A DNA stretch of 64,000 nucleotides from an uncultured Phycisphaerales bacterium (GTDB lineage Bacteria > Planctomycetota > Phycisphaerae > Tepidisphaerales > Tepidisphaeraceae), in contig CAVWVQ010000003.1 in NCBI GenBank assembly GCA_963758525.1, forward strand, positions 704,001 to 768,000, written 5' to 3'. A program made the position numbers and the translations under genes. How positions within the stretch are numbered: position 1 is the stretch's first letter; each line of letters starts with the position of its first letter. Under the pieces are notes generated by a model that was given only the letters and a program-made list of their open reading frames with translations, ran no database searches and had not been told where the DNA came from. This document shows, one piece after another, positions 50,760 through 60,386 of the stretch.

Positions 50760-50864
50760 GTTAGCCGCGACGCGCAGCGGAGCGCGTCTTCGCGAGATTG
50801 CGTGACTGGGGAAACTGCGCCGTCTCTCGTTCGAATACGCGCTCCGCTGCGCGTCGCGGCTAAC
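50760..50864. repeat. TTAG-type palindromic element with perfect 28-bp arms
   Basis: GTTAGCCGCGACGCGCAGCGGAGCGCGT (50760-87) and its exact reverse complement (50837-64); 10-bp duplication at the left end. Confidence 0.9.
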
Positions 50865-50912
50865 CTTTTGGCAACGCGCCAGCGCAGTGACCCGAGGTCG
50901 GCCTTGCGTTTG

Positions 50913-51461
50913 TCACTTGATCCAACGGAGCGATTCGACAACGCCATCGTACACGCTGCGCGCGCCGCTCAGTTGGCCCGCAGGGGACACAACGCGGAGA
51001 ATGAAAACGTGATCGCCGTGAACGATCAGCGTCGCGACCTCCGCGTCGGCCGTGTTTTTCTCAGTCCAGATCGAGTGCAGCCGCCTTGCTCTGGCTTTGG
51101 GGATGGCCGGCGAGGTTTCTTCATCTGTTTTGATCCCCGGGTGCGATTTTTTCAGATCGTCGATGTAGCCGTTCACGACCAGGCCAAGCGGAATCATGCC
51201 GGGAATGTGTGGCGGGAGATCGGGGATATCGAGCGTCAATGTTTCTGAACCACTGGTGAGCTCGAGCACGTAGTCAGGATCGTGCTGCACCTTCCAATCC
51301 GCCGGGTATTGAACGCGCACCAGCCCACCCGCATCCTGAAAGCTTTGCGTCGTGGGCGCGCTGGCAGGAGCAGTCGTCGGAGCCTTGGCCGAGCCGTCGA
51401 CCGTAGCGCAACCGATTAGGCAAAGCACGGCGAGCAAGGGTGCGGCGGGAAAATGCGACAT
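50913..51461 (-). CDS. Putative lipoprotein (PsbP/DcrB-like fold suspected)
   Basis: Lipobox LIGC, PTTAPASAPTTQ linker, YPADW, VVESLRW end. Confidence 0.65.
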   Translation of the reverse strand: MSHFPAAPLLAVLCLIGCATVDGSAKAPTTAPASAPTTQSFQDAGGLVRVQYPADWKVQHDPDYVLELTSGSETLTLDIPDLPPHIPGMIPLGLVVNGYIDDLKKSHPGIKTDEETSPAIPKARARRLHSIWTEKNTADAEVATLIVHGDHVFILRVVSPAGQLSGARSVYDGVVESLRWIK

Positions 51462-51473
51462 CAAATCTGGCCT

Positions 51474-51533
51474 TTGTGGTGCAGGCTTCCAGCCTGCCAG
51501 CGCCGCGGACGCAGGCTGGAACCCTGCAAACAA
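51474..51533. repeat. GTGG-type REP-like doublet
   Basis: GTGGTGCAGGCTTCCAGCCTGC...GCAGGCTGGAACCCTGCA. Confidence 0.7.
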
Positions 51534-51578
51534 TGCAACTCGCCGCAAGAACTGGCACATACGATTGCCCCCGTTCAT

Positions 51579-52037
51579 TCAAGAGTGTACGAGAAGCGCG
51601 CGATTCCCGCAGCAGCTCTCCACCCGGGCATCTTCGGCAGCGACGGAACCGTGACGTGCCGCATCGAAATACTCCCAATGGTACGAACCACAGCGGTTGT
51701 GCGAATGAATCGCCTGCAGAATATTGCTGGGCGGCCGGTCCACGAACCTCCCGGCGGCGGAAACCGACTCAAACCGCTGTTTCATCTCCACGCACCAGGT
51801 GGCTCGTCGTTTCCCCATGGTGGCGCCGGCATTTCGAGGGGCACGCGAAAAGCGTTTCAGGTGCGCCGCGACGCGATCCGCGTGCTCCATCACGCGCTGT
51901 TGCCGCAGGGCGTGCCAACGCTGATGTTCCAACAACTGCTGTTCGTGCAGGCGGGGATATCGGTCATCCGGACCACCTGCAGAACAATGCACCCCTGACA
52001 CGCCCGAAAAAGCCAGCGAATCCGCGAAGTTGCGCAT
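51579..52037 (-). CDS. Hypothetical protein divergent from the XRE/S24 repressor
   Basis: ATG ORF starting 25 bp from the repeat boxes; no motif recognised. Confidence 0.35.
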   Translation of the reverse strand: MRNFADSLAFSGVSGVHCSAGGPDDRYPRLHEQQLLEHQRWHALRQQRVMEHADRVAAHLKRFSRAPRNAGATMGKRRATWCVEMKQRFESVSAAGRFVDRPPSNILQAIHSHNRCGSYHWEYFDAARHGSVAAEDARVESCCGNRALLVHS

Positions 52038-52061
52038 GACGATGACCCCGGTTAAGGCAAT

Positions 52062-52171
52062 TTTACCTAACATTTACCTAACACACTGGCTAGGGTAGCA
52101 CCAGAATTGTGCCATTCAACTCTTATTTTCCTCTTTTCGGTGTGGACAGGGGAAATCATGTTAGGTATATG
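52062..52171. promoter_or_regulatory. Candidate operator/promoter region of the repressor
   Basis: TTTACCTAACA x2 in tandem (52062-83), inverted ATGTTAGGTA (52158-67), TGGACA-N17-TATATG (52143-71). Confidence 0.55.
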
Positions 52172-52178
52172 TATGGTC

Positions 52179-52874
52179 ATGGCGCACCGATTATTGATCA
52201 GCGGAGAGCGGCTGGCGTCTCTGCGGGCCGAGCGATATCTGACGCAGGAAGAACTCGCCGGACGGCTGGGGATGTCAACCGCCGGCGTGCGACGCCTCGA
52301 ACAGCTCCGCGCCGGCGGAATGCAGCTTCGCAACTTCCGCCGATTGGCGGCGCTGACGGAAGTGACGCCTGAACAGCTTCGTCAACGGATCTGCCTGCCC
52401 CTGCCGCACCCTCAACAGCCCGGATCGCTTGTGCACGGCCAGCCATCGGCGCTGCTGCCCGGCTCGGCGTCGGCCGTTGTCGAAATCGAACGTTTTCACG
52501 GCGTCTCCGCCGCGCGCAGCGAAGACCGCGCGGGCGTCGAGCGCGATCAGGTGCCTGTTCCCGCCGGCGCCGGCCGGCGCTTCTCGGTCGTGGTGGATGG
52601 CGACTGCATGGAGCCCAAGTACCGAAACGGCGACGTGGTGGTCTTTTCCATCGATGCCGCCGAGCGCGAAGGGATCGTCGACGGGCGCAACTACTTCATT
52701 CAATTCGCCGACGGCCAGAATACGTTCAAGCGGATCTTCCGCGAACCGTCGGACATCGAGTGGCTCGTGCTGCGCTGCTGGAACGCAAAATATCCCGACC
52801 GACGCGTCGAGCGGGCGTCGATACAGCTTCTCGCGCGGGCGGAATACCGGTTAGTGCCGGATGTGATGGACTAA
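52179..52874 (+). CDS. XRE-family HTH + S24 peptidase-like repressor (CI-like)
   Basis: LRAERYLTQEELAGRLGMS HTH; VDGDCMEP, NGDVV, TFKRI, NAKYP. Start is uncertain (52158, 52173 or 52179). Confidence 0.88.
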   Translation: MAHRLLISGERLASLRAERYLTQEELAGRLGMSTAGVRRLEQLRAGGMQLRNFRRLAALTEVTPEQLRQRICLPLPHPQQPGSLVHGQPSALLPGSASAVVEIERFHGVSAARSEDRAGVERDQVPVPAGAGRRFSVVVDGDCMEPKYRNGDVVVFSIDAAEREGIVDGRNYFIQFADGQNTFKRIFREPSDIEWLVLRCWNAKYPDRRVERASIQLLARAEYRLVPDVMD

Positions 52875-53109
52875 GGAGGGTCTAGGGTTCAGGGTCTGTG
52901 TGTGTGAGGATTCGTCGAGAGACCACGACCGGGAGCAAATGCGGGCAAGACAAAGAGAATTGCCACAAAAACACAAAAGCACAAAAAAAGTGTGGGGATC
53001 AGCAGGAGTGGTCCGTAAAGCTCACCAAAGCTCCCAACGCTGCGAGCGCAATCGTTCAGGCATTCGCTTCTTACGTACCCAATTGAAATACCGCTCAACG
53101 GAGTCCGGC

Positions 53110-53135
53110 GTCGCTCGGCTCCGCGCTGGCGCGAC
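53110..53135. repeat. Dispersed 26-bp imperfect palindrome, copy 2
   Basis: Identical to 24773-24798. Confidence 0.7.
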
Positions 53136-53236
53136 GCCCCGCGCTCCCCGCGATATCGGGCGTGGCGTGCTCAGCGTCACACCTTTTGGGAAAGCCCACG
53201 GATTGCCATCCGTGGGATCTGGACCGGGTCAATCGT

Positions 53237-54073
53237 TCAAGCTCCCAGCACCTGCAGCAGCTCTTTAATCTGCACCGTCTGCGGATCGTCCGGGTTCGTC
53301 TGCAGGTAGCGATCGAGCCAGATGGTGGCTGGTTCGGACAAACCGCAACGGGCGAGCACCAGCCCAAGATCGCGTTGCAGGTGGCTCTGCTCGGGCCAGA
53401 GGAGCATTTCCATTTCGAGAATCGCTGCCACGTCCGCGTACCGCGAGGCTTCGCCGAAGACGTTCAGGAGGTTCTGCAGCATCCGCGTCAGCCAGTGACG
53501 ATTTGACGCAGGGCGCAGATATTCGTCGGACCACTCCACCTCCGCGCCGAACATCTCCTGCACCCGTTCGTGGGCCTCCTCCGGCGTGACGACACGGCCG
53601 CCGGCGAATGGATCCACCAGCAATTGTGTGTCATCCACATCCAGGCCGACGAGAAAATGCCCCGGCAGCCCCACGCCGTAGGCGCGCAAACCCAATCGCT
53701 CGGCGATGGTTTTGTAGATCAGGCTGAGCGTGATCGGCAGGCCCTTTTTTCGGCTCAGCACCGCCGGCAGATAGCTGTTCAGAGGATTGTATTAATCTTC
53801 GTTGTCGCCGACAAAGCCTGCTTCATCGAAGAGAACTTCATGCAAATGTGCCAGGATCGCCTGCGGCTGACGGCCGCGGACGCGCGACCGTACAGTGTCT
53901 GCGTACCGCTGCAGGACGCAATCCACCGCCGACACATCGGCGTCTTCCAACTGATGCATCGCAATCGCGACGGCGCCGTGGACCAGCGCGTCGGAAGAAT
54001 TAATCACCGCAATCTGCTGGCGAAGAAGCCGAAAGGCACGCGTCGAACAGCAAAGGGGCAGGGTCGGATTCAT
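53237..54073 (-). CDS. SirB1/transglutaminase-like (Transglut_core2) + TPR protein; frameshifted near 53790
   Basis: GFVGDNED, NSYLPAVLSRKKGLPITLS, GLPGHF, DPF, RMLQNL, RDLGL. Confidence 0.88.
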
Positions 54074-54245
54074 AATACCTCCGCGTGGACGATCCCAAGA
54101 AACGTTATCGTCCACACACCGTCCTCCAATGCACATTCTATGCCGCGCCTCGGCGCGATTCGCTGACGCCCATGCGCCAGTACGAACGCGCATGCACGTT
54201 CATTTTAGGAAATTGCTGCCCGACGCAATACACTTTGCACGCCGC

Positions 54246-55565
54246 ATGACCGTCCAACCCGCACGCATCCCTCGCCCGATATTCCCCAGGCTGCTGTTCG
54301 CGTGCTGCGCGCTGATCTTCGCTTCGCCGGCGCACGGGCAATACGTCCTGCACGATGCAAAGAGCCCGTCGCGCTACGATCCGGGTTTTGAAGGAATTCC
54401 GTTTGTCTATTACGGGGATGACTTCAGATTCGCTGGCGGCCTCGCCGGCGGCGGGTCGGGATTGCTCCAGCCCCAGACCAACTATTTTGCAGCCGCCCTG
54501 GCGGGAGTGAACGGATCCTACGGCGGGCTCCTGGGGTTCAGCGACCTGCAGCTCAAGCCGCTCGATCGGCTATTCCTCGACTTTGACATCGCCTTCTTTC
54601 ACTTCACCGATCAGCAGACGTACATCCCGGGAAATCCCCGATTCCCGCGCCAGATCGCCGGCAGCAACCGCTCGTCGCCCGACAACTACATTCACAGCAA
54701 GGCGTACGACTTTTCCGCGGACGCCACGCTCAAATTTCTCCTCCCCATCGGGGGCGGACGGGACACCGTCATCAATCAATACGTTCTGGATAACGGCCTC
54801 TTTCAATCCGGCAGCACGGGCGGCAGCGGATGGGATCCGCTGCACTCTGGGCGCACCTCCTTGGAGCTCACGCCATTTGTTGAATACGACCGGCTGACCA
54901 ATGACCAGGGCGGCCAGGAATTGAACAGCGCCGGCCTGCGGCTTGGCGTTGAATACGACAACACCGACTTTCCCCTCAATCCAACCCGCGGGAACCACAC
55001 GCATTTCCTCGCCAGCCGCAACCTCGGAATTCTCGGAGGCGGGCAACCCTGGTCCACTCTCGAGGCTGGGTTTTCCGCGTATCTGCCGCTGGGCAGATCG
55101 GAATGGTTCAAGCAGCAAGTCCTGGCGCTCAACGCCTGGACGTCATACGCCCCAACGTGGCACTCCAGCAGCACTGCCGCTGACCCTTCTCCCACCGGCG
55201 CGCCGCCCTATTATGAAGGGGCGACCCTGGGCGGAATGGATCGCCTTCGCGGCTTTGACCAGTTCCGCTTTCGCGATCGAGCCGCCATCTATGGCGCGAT
55301 GGAATTGCGGCTGATACCCCGCTGGAATCCGTTCGCGGGCATCGATCTGTTCAAATCATCCGATGTCGCGTGGATGCAGTGGGTGTTCTTTGCCGAATGC
55401 GGGCGGGTCGCCAGCGAATATGTGACAACCGATCTGTTCACGCAGTTGAAATTCGACAGCGGCGTCGGCTTGCGCGTTCTGGCAAAGGACCAGCTCGTGC
55501 GGTTTGATCTGGCGTTCTCAGAAGACGGCGTCTTCTTCTGGGCCATGCTGGATCAGACGTTTTGA
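54246..55565 (+). CDS. Omp85 (BamA/TamA-like) outer-membrane beta-barrel without POTRA domains
   Basis: Signal peptide, YDNTD..PTRG, LGGMDRLRGF..RFRD, C-terminal Phe. Confidence 0.8.
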   Translation: MTVQPARIPRPIFPRLLFACCALIFASPAHGQYVLHDAKSPSRYDPGFEGIPFVYYGDDFRFAGGLAGGGSGLLQPQTNYFAAALAGVNGSYGGLLGFSDLQLKPLDRLFLDFDIAFFHFTDQQTYIPGNPRFPRQIAGSNRSSPDNYIHSKAYDFSADATLKFLLPIGGGRDTVINQYVLDNGLFQSGSTGGSGWDPLHSGRTSLELTPFVEYDRLTNDQGGQELNSAGLRLGVEYDNTDFPLNPTRGNHTHFLASRNLGILGGGQPWSTLEAGFSAYLPLGRSEWFKQQVLALNAWTSYAPTWHSSSTAADPSPTGAPPYYEGATLGGMDRLRGFDQFRFRDRAAIYGAMELRLIPRWNPFAGIDLFKSSDVAWMQWVFFAECGRVASEYVTTDLFTQLKFDSGVGLRVLAKDQLVRFDLAFSEDGVFFWAMLDQTF

Positions 55566-55611
55566 GGAAGAGCAGCAAATTTCTGATAACTCGGATCGCG
55601 GATTAACCAAC

Positions 55612-56847
55612 ATGCGTCAAACAACCATTGCCTGCTTTGTCATATCCTTCGTCTTCCCGGCATTTGCTTTCGCGGGCGATGCGCCCCCGGAAATTCATTG
55701 GAAGAAGATGACGCTTGCCGACGGCTTTTACAGTGAGGGGGCTGCCTTTGGTGATTTCAATCACGACGGGAAGCAGGACGTCGTGGCCGGCGGCGTGTGG
55801 TATGAAGGACCCGACTTCACGACCAGGCATACGTTTGCCGCCTTTCCCAAAACCGATCCGCACGGTTACTCCAAACAATTTCTCACGTTCACCCACTCGT
55901 TCAAAAGCGACGGCTGGGACGACATCATCGTCGTCAGTTTCCCCGGGACGGACACGTCCTGGTACGAGAACCCTCGCAAAAATGAAGAGGCCGTCTGGAA
56001 AAAGCACACGGTCTTTGCAGAAACCGACAACGAATCGCCGACGTTTTGCGATTTGTTCAAGAACGGCAAACCCGTTCTTGTCTGCGGATCGGAAGGAACC
56101 AACAAGCAAGGGGGACGCGTGGGATATGCTCAGCCGGACGAAAACGATCCGACCAAGCCGTGGACGTTTCACGCGGTCTCGCCCCGGAGCAAACGCTACT
56201 TCAAATTTCTGCACGGCATTGGCGTGGGTGACGTCAACGGCGACGGACGCAACGACATCCTGATTGCTGACGGATGGTTCGAGCAGCCGGCTGAACTCAC
56301 TGGCGATGCGGAGTGGAAGTTTCACCCCGCCAAGTTTTTCGACAAGGGCCTTGGCGACGGCTGCGCTCAGATGTTCGCCTATGACGTGAACGGCGACGGC
56401 CGCAATGACGTCATCTGCAGCCTGCAGGCGCACGGGTACGGGCTGGCATGGTTCGAGCAAAAGCCGGACGGCTCATTCGAGAAGCATGTGATCATCGGCA
56501 GCAAGAAAACCGACAGCCCGCAAGGCGTCGTCTTCTCCCAACTTCACGCCCTCGAGATGATCGACATCAACGGCGACGGCCTTCCCGATCTGGTTACCGG
56601 AAAACGCTGGTGGGCTCACGGCCCCACGGGCGATGCCGAACCCGCTGCCGCGCCGGTTCTCTACTGGTTTGAGCTTGTCCGCCATCCCGACAAGACTGCC
56701 GAGTTTGTCCCCCACCTGATCGACGACAACTCCGGCATCGGCACGCAAGTCACAGCCCGGGACATCAACAACGACCATCACCCCGCCATCCTCGTCGGCA
56801 ACAAACGCGGCACGTTTCTATTCTTACAGCAGCCCGCCAGCAAGTAA
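55612..56847 (+). CDS. FG-GAP/VCBS repeat secreted protein
   Basis: Repeated DxNxDGxxD motifs; signal peptide. Confidence 0.88.
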   Translation: MRQTTIACFVISFVFPAFAFAGDAPPEIHWKKMTLADGFYSEGAAFGDFNHDGKQDVVAGGVWYEGPDFTTRHTFAAFPKTDPHGYSKQFLTFTHSFKSDGWDDIIVVSFPGTDTSWYENPRKNEEAVWKKHTVFAETDNESPTFCDLFKNGKPVLVCGSEGTNKQGGRVGYAQPDENDPTKPWTFHAVSPRSKRYFKFLHGIGVGDVNGDGRNDILIADGWFEQPAELTGDAEWKFHPAKFFDKGLGDGCAQMFAYDVNGDGRNDVICSLQAHGYGLAWFEQKPDGSFEKHVIIGSKKTDSPQGVVFSQLHALEMIDINGDGLPDLVTGKRWWAHGPTGDAEPAAAPVLYWFELVRHPDKTAEFVPHLIDDNSGIGTQVTARDINNDHHPAILVGNKRGTFLFLQQPASK

Positions 56848-56924
56848 TCGCAAGAACGCTCCGAATCGACCGATGAGGCGGTGAACCCCGATGCATCAAA
56901 CCATTGCGGGTCTCACCGCTCTAT

Positions 56925-57007
56925 TGGGCGCGGAAGGATTCGAACCTTCGAAGGCATAAGCCATCAGATTTACAGTCTGACCCCGTTGGCCACTTGGGTA
57001 CACGCCC
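56925..57007 (-). tRNA. tRNA-Tyr(GTA)
   Basis: GGGCGTGTACCCAAGTGGCCAACGGGGTCAGACT-GTA-AATCTGA, long variable arm, GGTTCGAATCC. Confidence 0.97.
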
Positions 57008-57173
57008 GGAATACACCGGCTAAGCCAATCTCCACTGCCGCCAGTATAAAGGGCAGTCGCGGGTTGGGCAATTGAGCGGAAGCCAACAGGTTCTCGTCAG
57101 TCCTCGTCCGTTCTCGTCCACCGATCAGGAGCCCGCGCTGAAGTCTCTAACACCCCTGAACTGCGCCCTCCGT

Positions 57174-58805
57174 TCAATTCATCACCAGCACCGTGTACTC
57201 ATAATGGAGCGTCTTTTCCTCGCCAGCCTTGAGCGGCAGGGTCCACGTCAGCTCATTGCGACGGTTGACGCTGTAGACGCCTTCTTCGCGGAGCGTGAGT
57301 TGGGGGCTGCCATCGGACTTGGTCAGCTCTCCTGAGAACTGACGGTGGATCACCAGGTGAATCTCCTGATCGCGGTGATTGCTGATGGTCAGGTCGCCGC
57401 TGACGCTGACTCTCCGGTATTCGCGCCCGCCGATGTTCTCGAGCTGGCGTTCGCTGTTCGGTGTCTCGTGCTCGATGGCGCGGGTTCGAACAGAAAGGGC
57501 TTTGGTGATCTGGAGCGTGGTCTCTTCGCCGCTGTTGACCCAGTAGCTGAGCCGCTGGCCCGCGAAATGGCCGTGGTCCTCGATCATCGCGGGGGCGGTC
57601 GTCATTGGAAACGCCAGGGGATTCTTGAACTTGACGGCATCCCATGGCTGATCCTGGTCATTCTCCGCAGTGCGCCGGCCGTACTGCTCGCGATCGCGGA
57701 AACGCCCCTCTTCGTCGCGCGTGTCGGGAACGATCCACTCGACGATCCGCTCGTACGTCGCCGGAGCTGTGCCGACGGAAACCATCAGCGAGTCTCCCTC
57801 CTCCATGGTGCGTTTGCCGATGGATTGGTAATGCAGGTCGACCCCCTCGCCGGACGGCGGCGCGGCAAGATCGACGCCGCCCGCATCAGCGCCCGATGGC
57901 GGCGCCGCGTTCTGTGCCACAATATTGCCAGCCGCCGACGCATACTCGGCAGGATCCCGGTTGATCTGATTGAAGAATTCGGTCCAATTCTGCGAGAGCG
58001 CCAGCGGGCTGACAACATGTGAGAACTGCACGCTCGGGTAGCCGCTGATGAGCGTCATCTCGGCGTCTTTCATATCGGCCAGCTCGTTTTTCACCACGGC
58101 CTGCTGCTCGACGGTGAGGCTCTTGTCGTCGACAAGATTCACGCGATAGCTCGGCGCCCAGGCAATTCCCCTGGTGAGGTAGCTGACGTGAATGCTCCCC
58201 TTCTTGTCGCCGTGCGGCGTCAGCAGCAGCGTCGGAACGCGCTGGCGGGTGGTGGGTTTGGCATCATCACATTCCAGGAAAGCGATCTCGGAAGGATCCA
58301 CGAACGTCCGGCCACGCCCGCTCTCCAGCACCAGGAAATTCGACGAGCCGCCTGCCGGAGGTGGCTCTCCGCCGTAGTAATAGCGATCGGAGGGACGCTC
58401 GTAGGTTCGGCTCCATGCTGCGTCTCCGGACGGTTTTTCCAAGGCAAGGACTTTCCCGCTCGCCGCGGGAATGCCGCCCTGCTTGAAGTGAATCGTAACG
58501 GCCCGGCCGACAAGTTCCTGCTGCAAATCGATGGTAGGGCGCTGCGGCGCGTCGACCTCCCGCATCGTCACCTGCGCATCGACCGCGATGTCTCCCTCTA
58601 TCCAGAAGGTGCCGTGCACCGGAGCTGGCACATCATCGATCCGATAGACGCCCGGCCCCGCGATCTCGGCGCTGCGCCTTACCGCCGCCAGTCCGTTCTT
58701 GAACAGCGCGATCGATTCGATCGGGCTGCTCAGCGGGATCTCTTCCGCATAAACATCCGTCGCCGCCAACAGAGCAGCCGCGATAGTGAGGCACACGTAG
58801 CGCAT
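57174..58805 (-). CDS. DUF4139/DUF4140-like secreted protein
   Basis: Signal peptide, IALFKNGLA, SYLTRGIAWAPSY, LTWTLPLKAGEEKTL. Confidence 0.75.
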   Translation of the reverse strand: MRYVCLTIAAALLAATDVYAEEIPLSSPIESIALFKNGLAAVRRSAEIAGPGVYRIDDVPAPVHGTFWIEGDIAVDAQVTMREVDAPQRPTIDLQQELVGRAVTIHFKQGGIPAASGKVLALEKPSGDAAWSRTYERPSDRYYYGGEPPPAGGSSNFLVLESGRGRTFVDPSEIAFLECDDAKPTTRQRVPTLLLTPHGDKKGSIHVSYLTRGIAWAPSYRVNLVDDKSLTVEQQAVVKNELADMKDAEMTLISGYPSVQFSHVVSPLALSQNWTEFFNQINRDPAEYASAAGNIVAQNAAPPSGADAGGVDLAAPPSGEGVDLHYQSIGKRTMEEGDSLMVSVGTAPATYERIVEWIVPDTRDEEGRFRDREQYGRRTAENDQDQPWDAVKFKNPLAFPMTTAPAMIEDHGHFAGQRLSYWVNSGEETTLQITKALSVRTRAIEHETPNSERQLENIGGREYRRVSVSGDLTISNHRDQEIHLVIHRQFSGELTKSDGSPQLTLREEGVYSVNRRNELTWTLPLKAGEEKTLHYEYTVLVMN

Positions 58806-59242
58806 GGGATTCCTTCCGCCAGGAGAAAACGAGTTGACTCGGGAATGAAACGAGCGGCGGATCGAAAAGTTGCAACGGAAGATGCCGCTTTCCTCATGAA
58901 CGTCTTCCTCGAACTCAAGCCGCCGCGATTCGCCGAGGGTCGTTCGTCTCCGCTTCGCGTCGTCGCAGACCGGGCGCAGAGCCGCACAGCCGTCTGTCGT
59001 CCAATCGCGCAGGACCTGAGATCCAAGCGAGTGCATTCCCAATGGCTCCAGATCACGTGGTAGAGATGAAATTGCGCGCCGCCGACAGCAAAAGGATCAA
59101 AGGCCCACTGACTGCGATCCGTTGCTTTCCGGATTGGATTCCCCCGGCTTGCTCGCGGCCTTCGACATCGCTAAGATTCTCCGCCTTGCTGGCTGACGTC
59201 TCGGCGATTTGTCGGGACGCACGTCCGGCTCAGGAGTGTTCC

Positions 59243-59482
59243 GTGAAAACCAAAATTCATCCGCGTTATCAGACCTGCAACGTTCACTGCGCATGCGGCA
59301 ATACCTTCGTCACCCGCAGCACACTGCCGAAAATTACCGTCGATATCTGCAGCGCTTGCCATCCGTTCTTCACCGGCAAACAGAAGTTTGTCGACACCGC
59401 CGGTCGCGTTGAGCGCTTCAGCAAGAAGTTCGGCGGAACCTACAGCTTCCAGAAAACCGCCCCGGTCCCCGCGAAGAAATAA
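59243..59482 (+). CDS. rpmE: 50S ribosomal protein L31 (zinc-binding type)
   Basis: [41 protein letters not shown]. Confidence 0.97.
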   Translation: MKTKIHPRYQTCNVHCACGNTFVTRSTLPKITVDICSACHPFFTGKQKFVDTAGRVERFSKKFGGTYSFQKTAPVPAKK

Positions 59483-59501
59483 CCGATTTTCCCGGACCGG
59501 T

Positions 59502-59565
59502 GTAGCCGCCGAGCTTGCACGCGAGGTTTGTCCCCTCGAAAGTCGCGAGCAAGCTCGGCGGCTGC
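59502..59565. repeat. GTAG-type REP-like hairpin after rpmE
   Basis: GTAGCCGCCGAGCTTGC...GCAAGCTCGGCGGCTGC. Confidence 0.7.
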
Positions 59566-59735
59566 GCGCGAAGAGCTAGGCGCTGCATCTTGAAAAGACG
59601 GGCATCCCGATTGGGGGGCGTCACAAATCGCGCAAACTTCGCGCTTTCTCCCGGCGTGTTACTTTTCCCGTCAATTCATTTGACGCGGGGTGGGCTTTCT
59701 GCACGATTCACCCGATAGACAGCTTTGGAGCCGAG

Positions 59736-60380
59736 ATGGGTCTGAGCCGCAACACAATCTGGACGGTCCGCGCCGTGGCGACTCTCGCCGCCGCGCTGGT
59801 TTCGTTTGGCTGCCAATCCGGTTCGGTTTCCACCGCAAAATTAGTAGCAAACCAGTCCCGTGTCGACTTCAACGGGCTGGAGAGCACCCACCTTCTCGTC
59901 GACGTCAGCGCGGCCGGGGCGGCGACGCGCGCCTGGACACATCGCCCCCCCGAAAGCAGCGCCCTTTATTCCCACGAACAGTGGCGATCGCCAACCGGCA
60001 TTACCGGCGTCGGAATTGTTTATCTGCATCTGCCACTCCCGGTCGGTCCCTCGGCCGTCCTCTGGCTGGCCGAACAACACTTCGCATCGATCCCCGGCGG
60101 AAAAGGGCATGTGCTCGGCGAATGGACCGACCTTCTGGGACGATCCTGGTTCATGGCCCAAAGCACCAGACTTCATGTCTCCGGATACATCATGACGGAG
60201 GGCTATTGTGCGTGGATCGTCTATTTCGCATATAAGTCGGACGGCCAGTTCCATCCGGCCGAGCTGAGTCTGGCCGCGCGATCGGTGGAGTCGTTCGTTC
60301 CGCTGACCGAGGTGCACGAACCGGCCGGTCCGAACGTGGCCGACGCAACCCGCCAGCAGCACCTGGCCGCCACGGAGTGA
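59736..60380 (+). CDS. Hypothetical lipoprotein
   Basis: Signal peptide ending SFGC; immediately upstream of purQ. Confidence 0.65.
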   Translation: MGLSRNTIWTVRAVATLAAALVSFGCQSGSVSTAKLVANQSRVDFNGLESTHLLVDVSAAGAATRAWTHRPPESSALYSHEQWRSPTGITGVGIVYLHLPLPVGPSAVLWLAEQHFASIPGGKGHVLGEWTDLLGRSWFMAQSTRLHVSGYIMTEGYCAWIVYFAYKSDGQFHPAELSLAARSVESFVPLTEVHEPAGPNVADATRQQHLAATE

Positions 60381-60386
60381 GTCGGC

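Noticed and set aside
51579..52874. Prophage immunity region
   Set aside because: No integrase, replication or structural phage genes nearby; the divergent ORF does not look like Cro.
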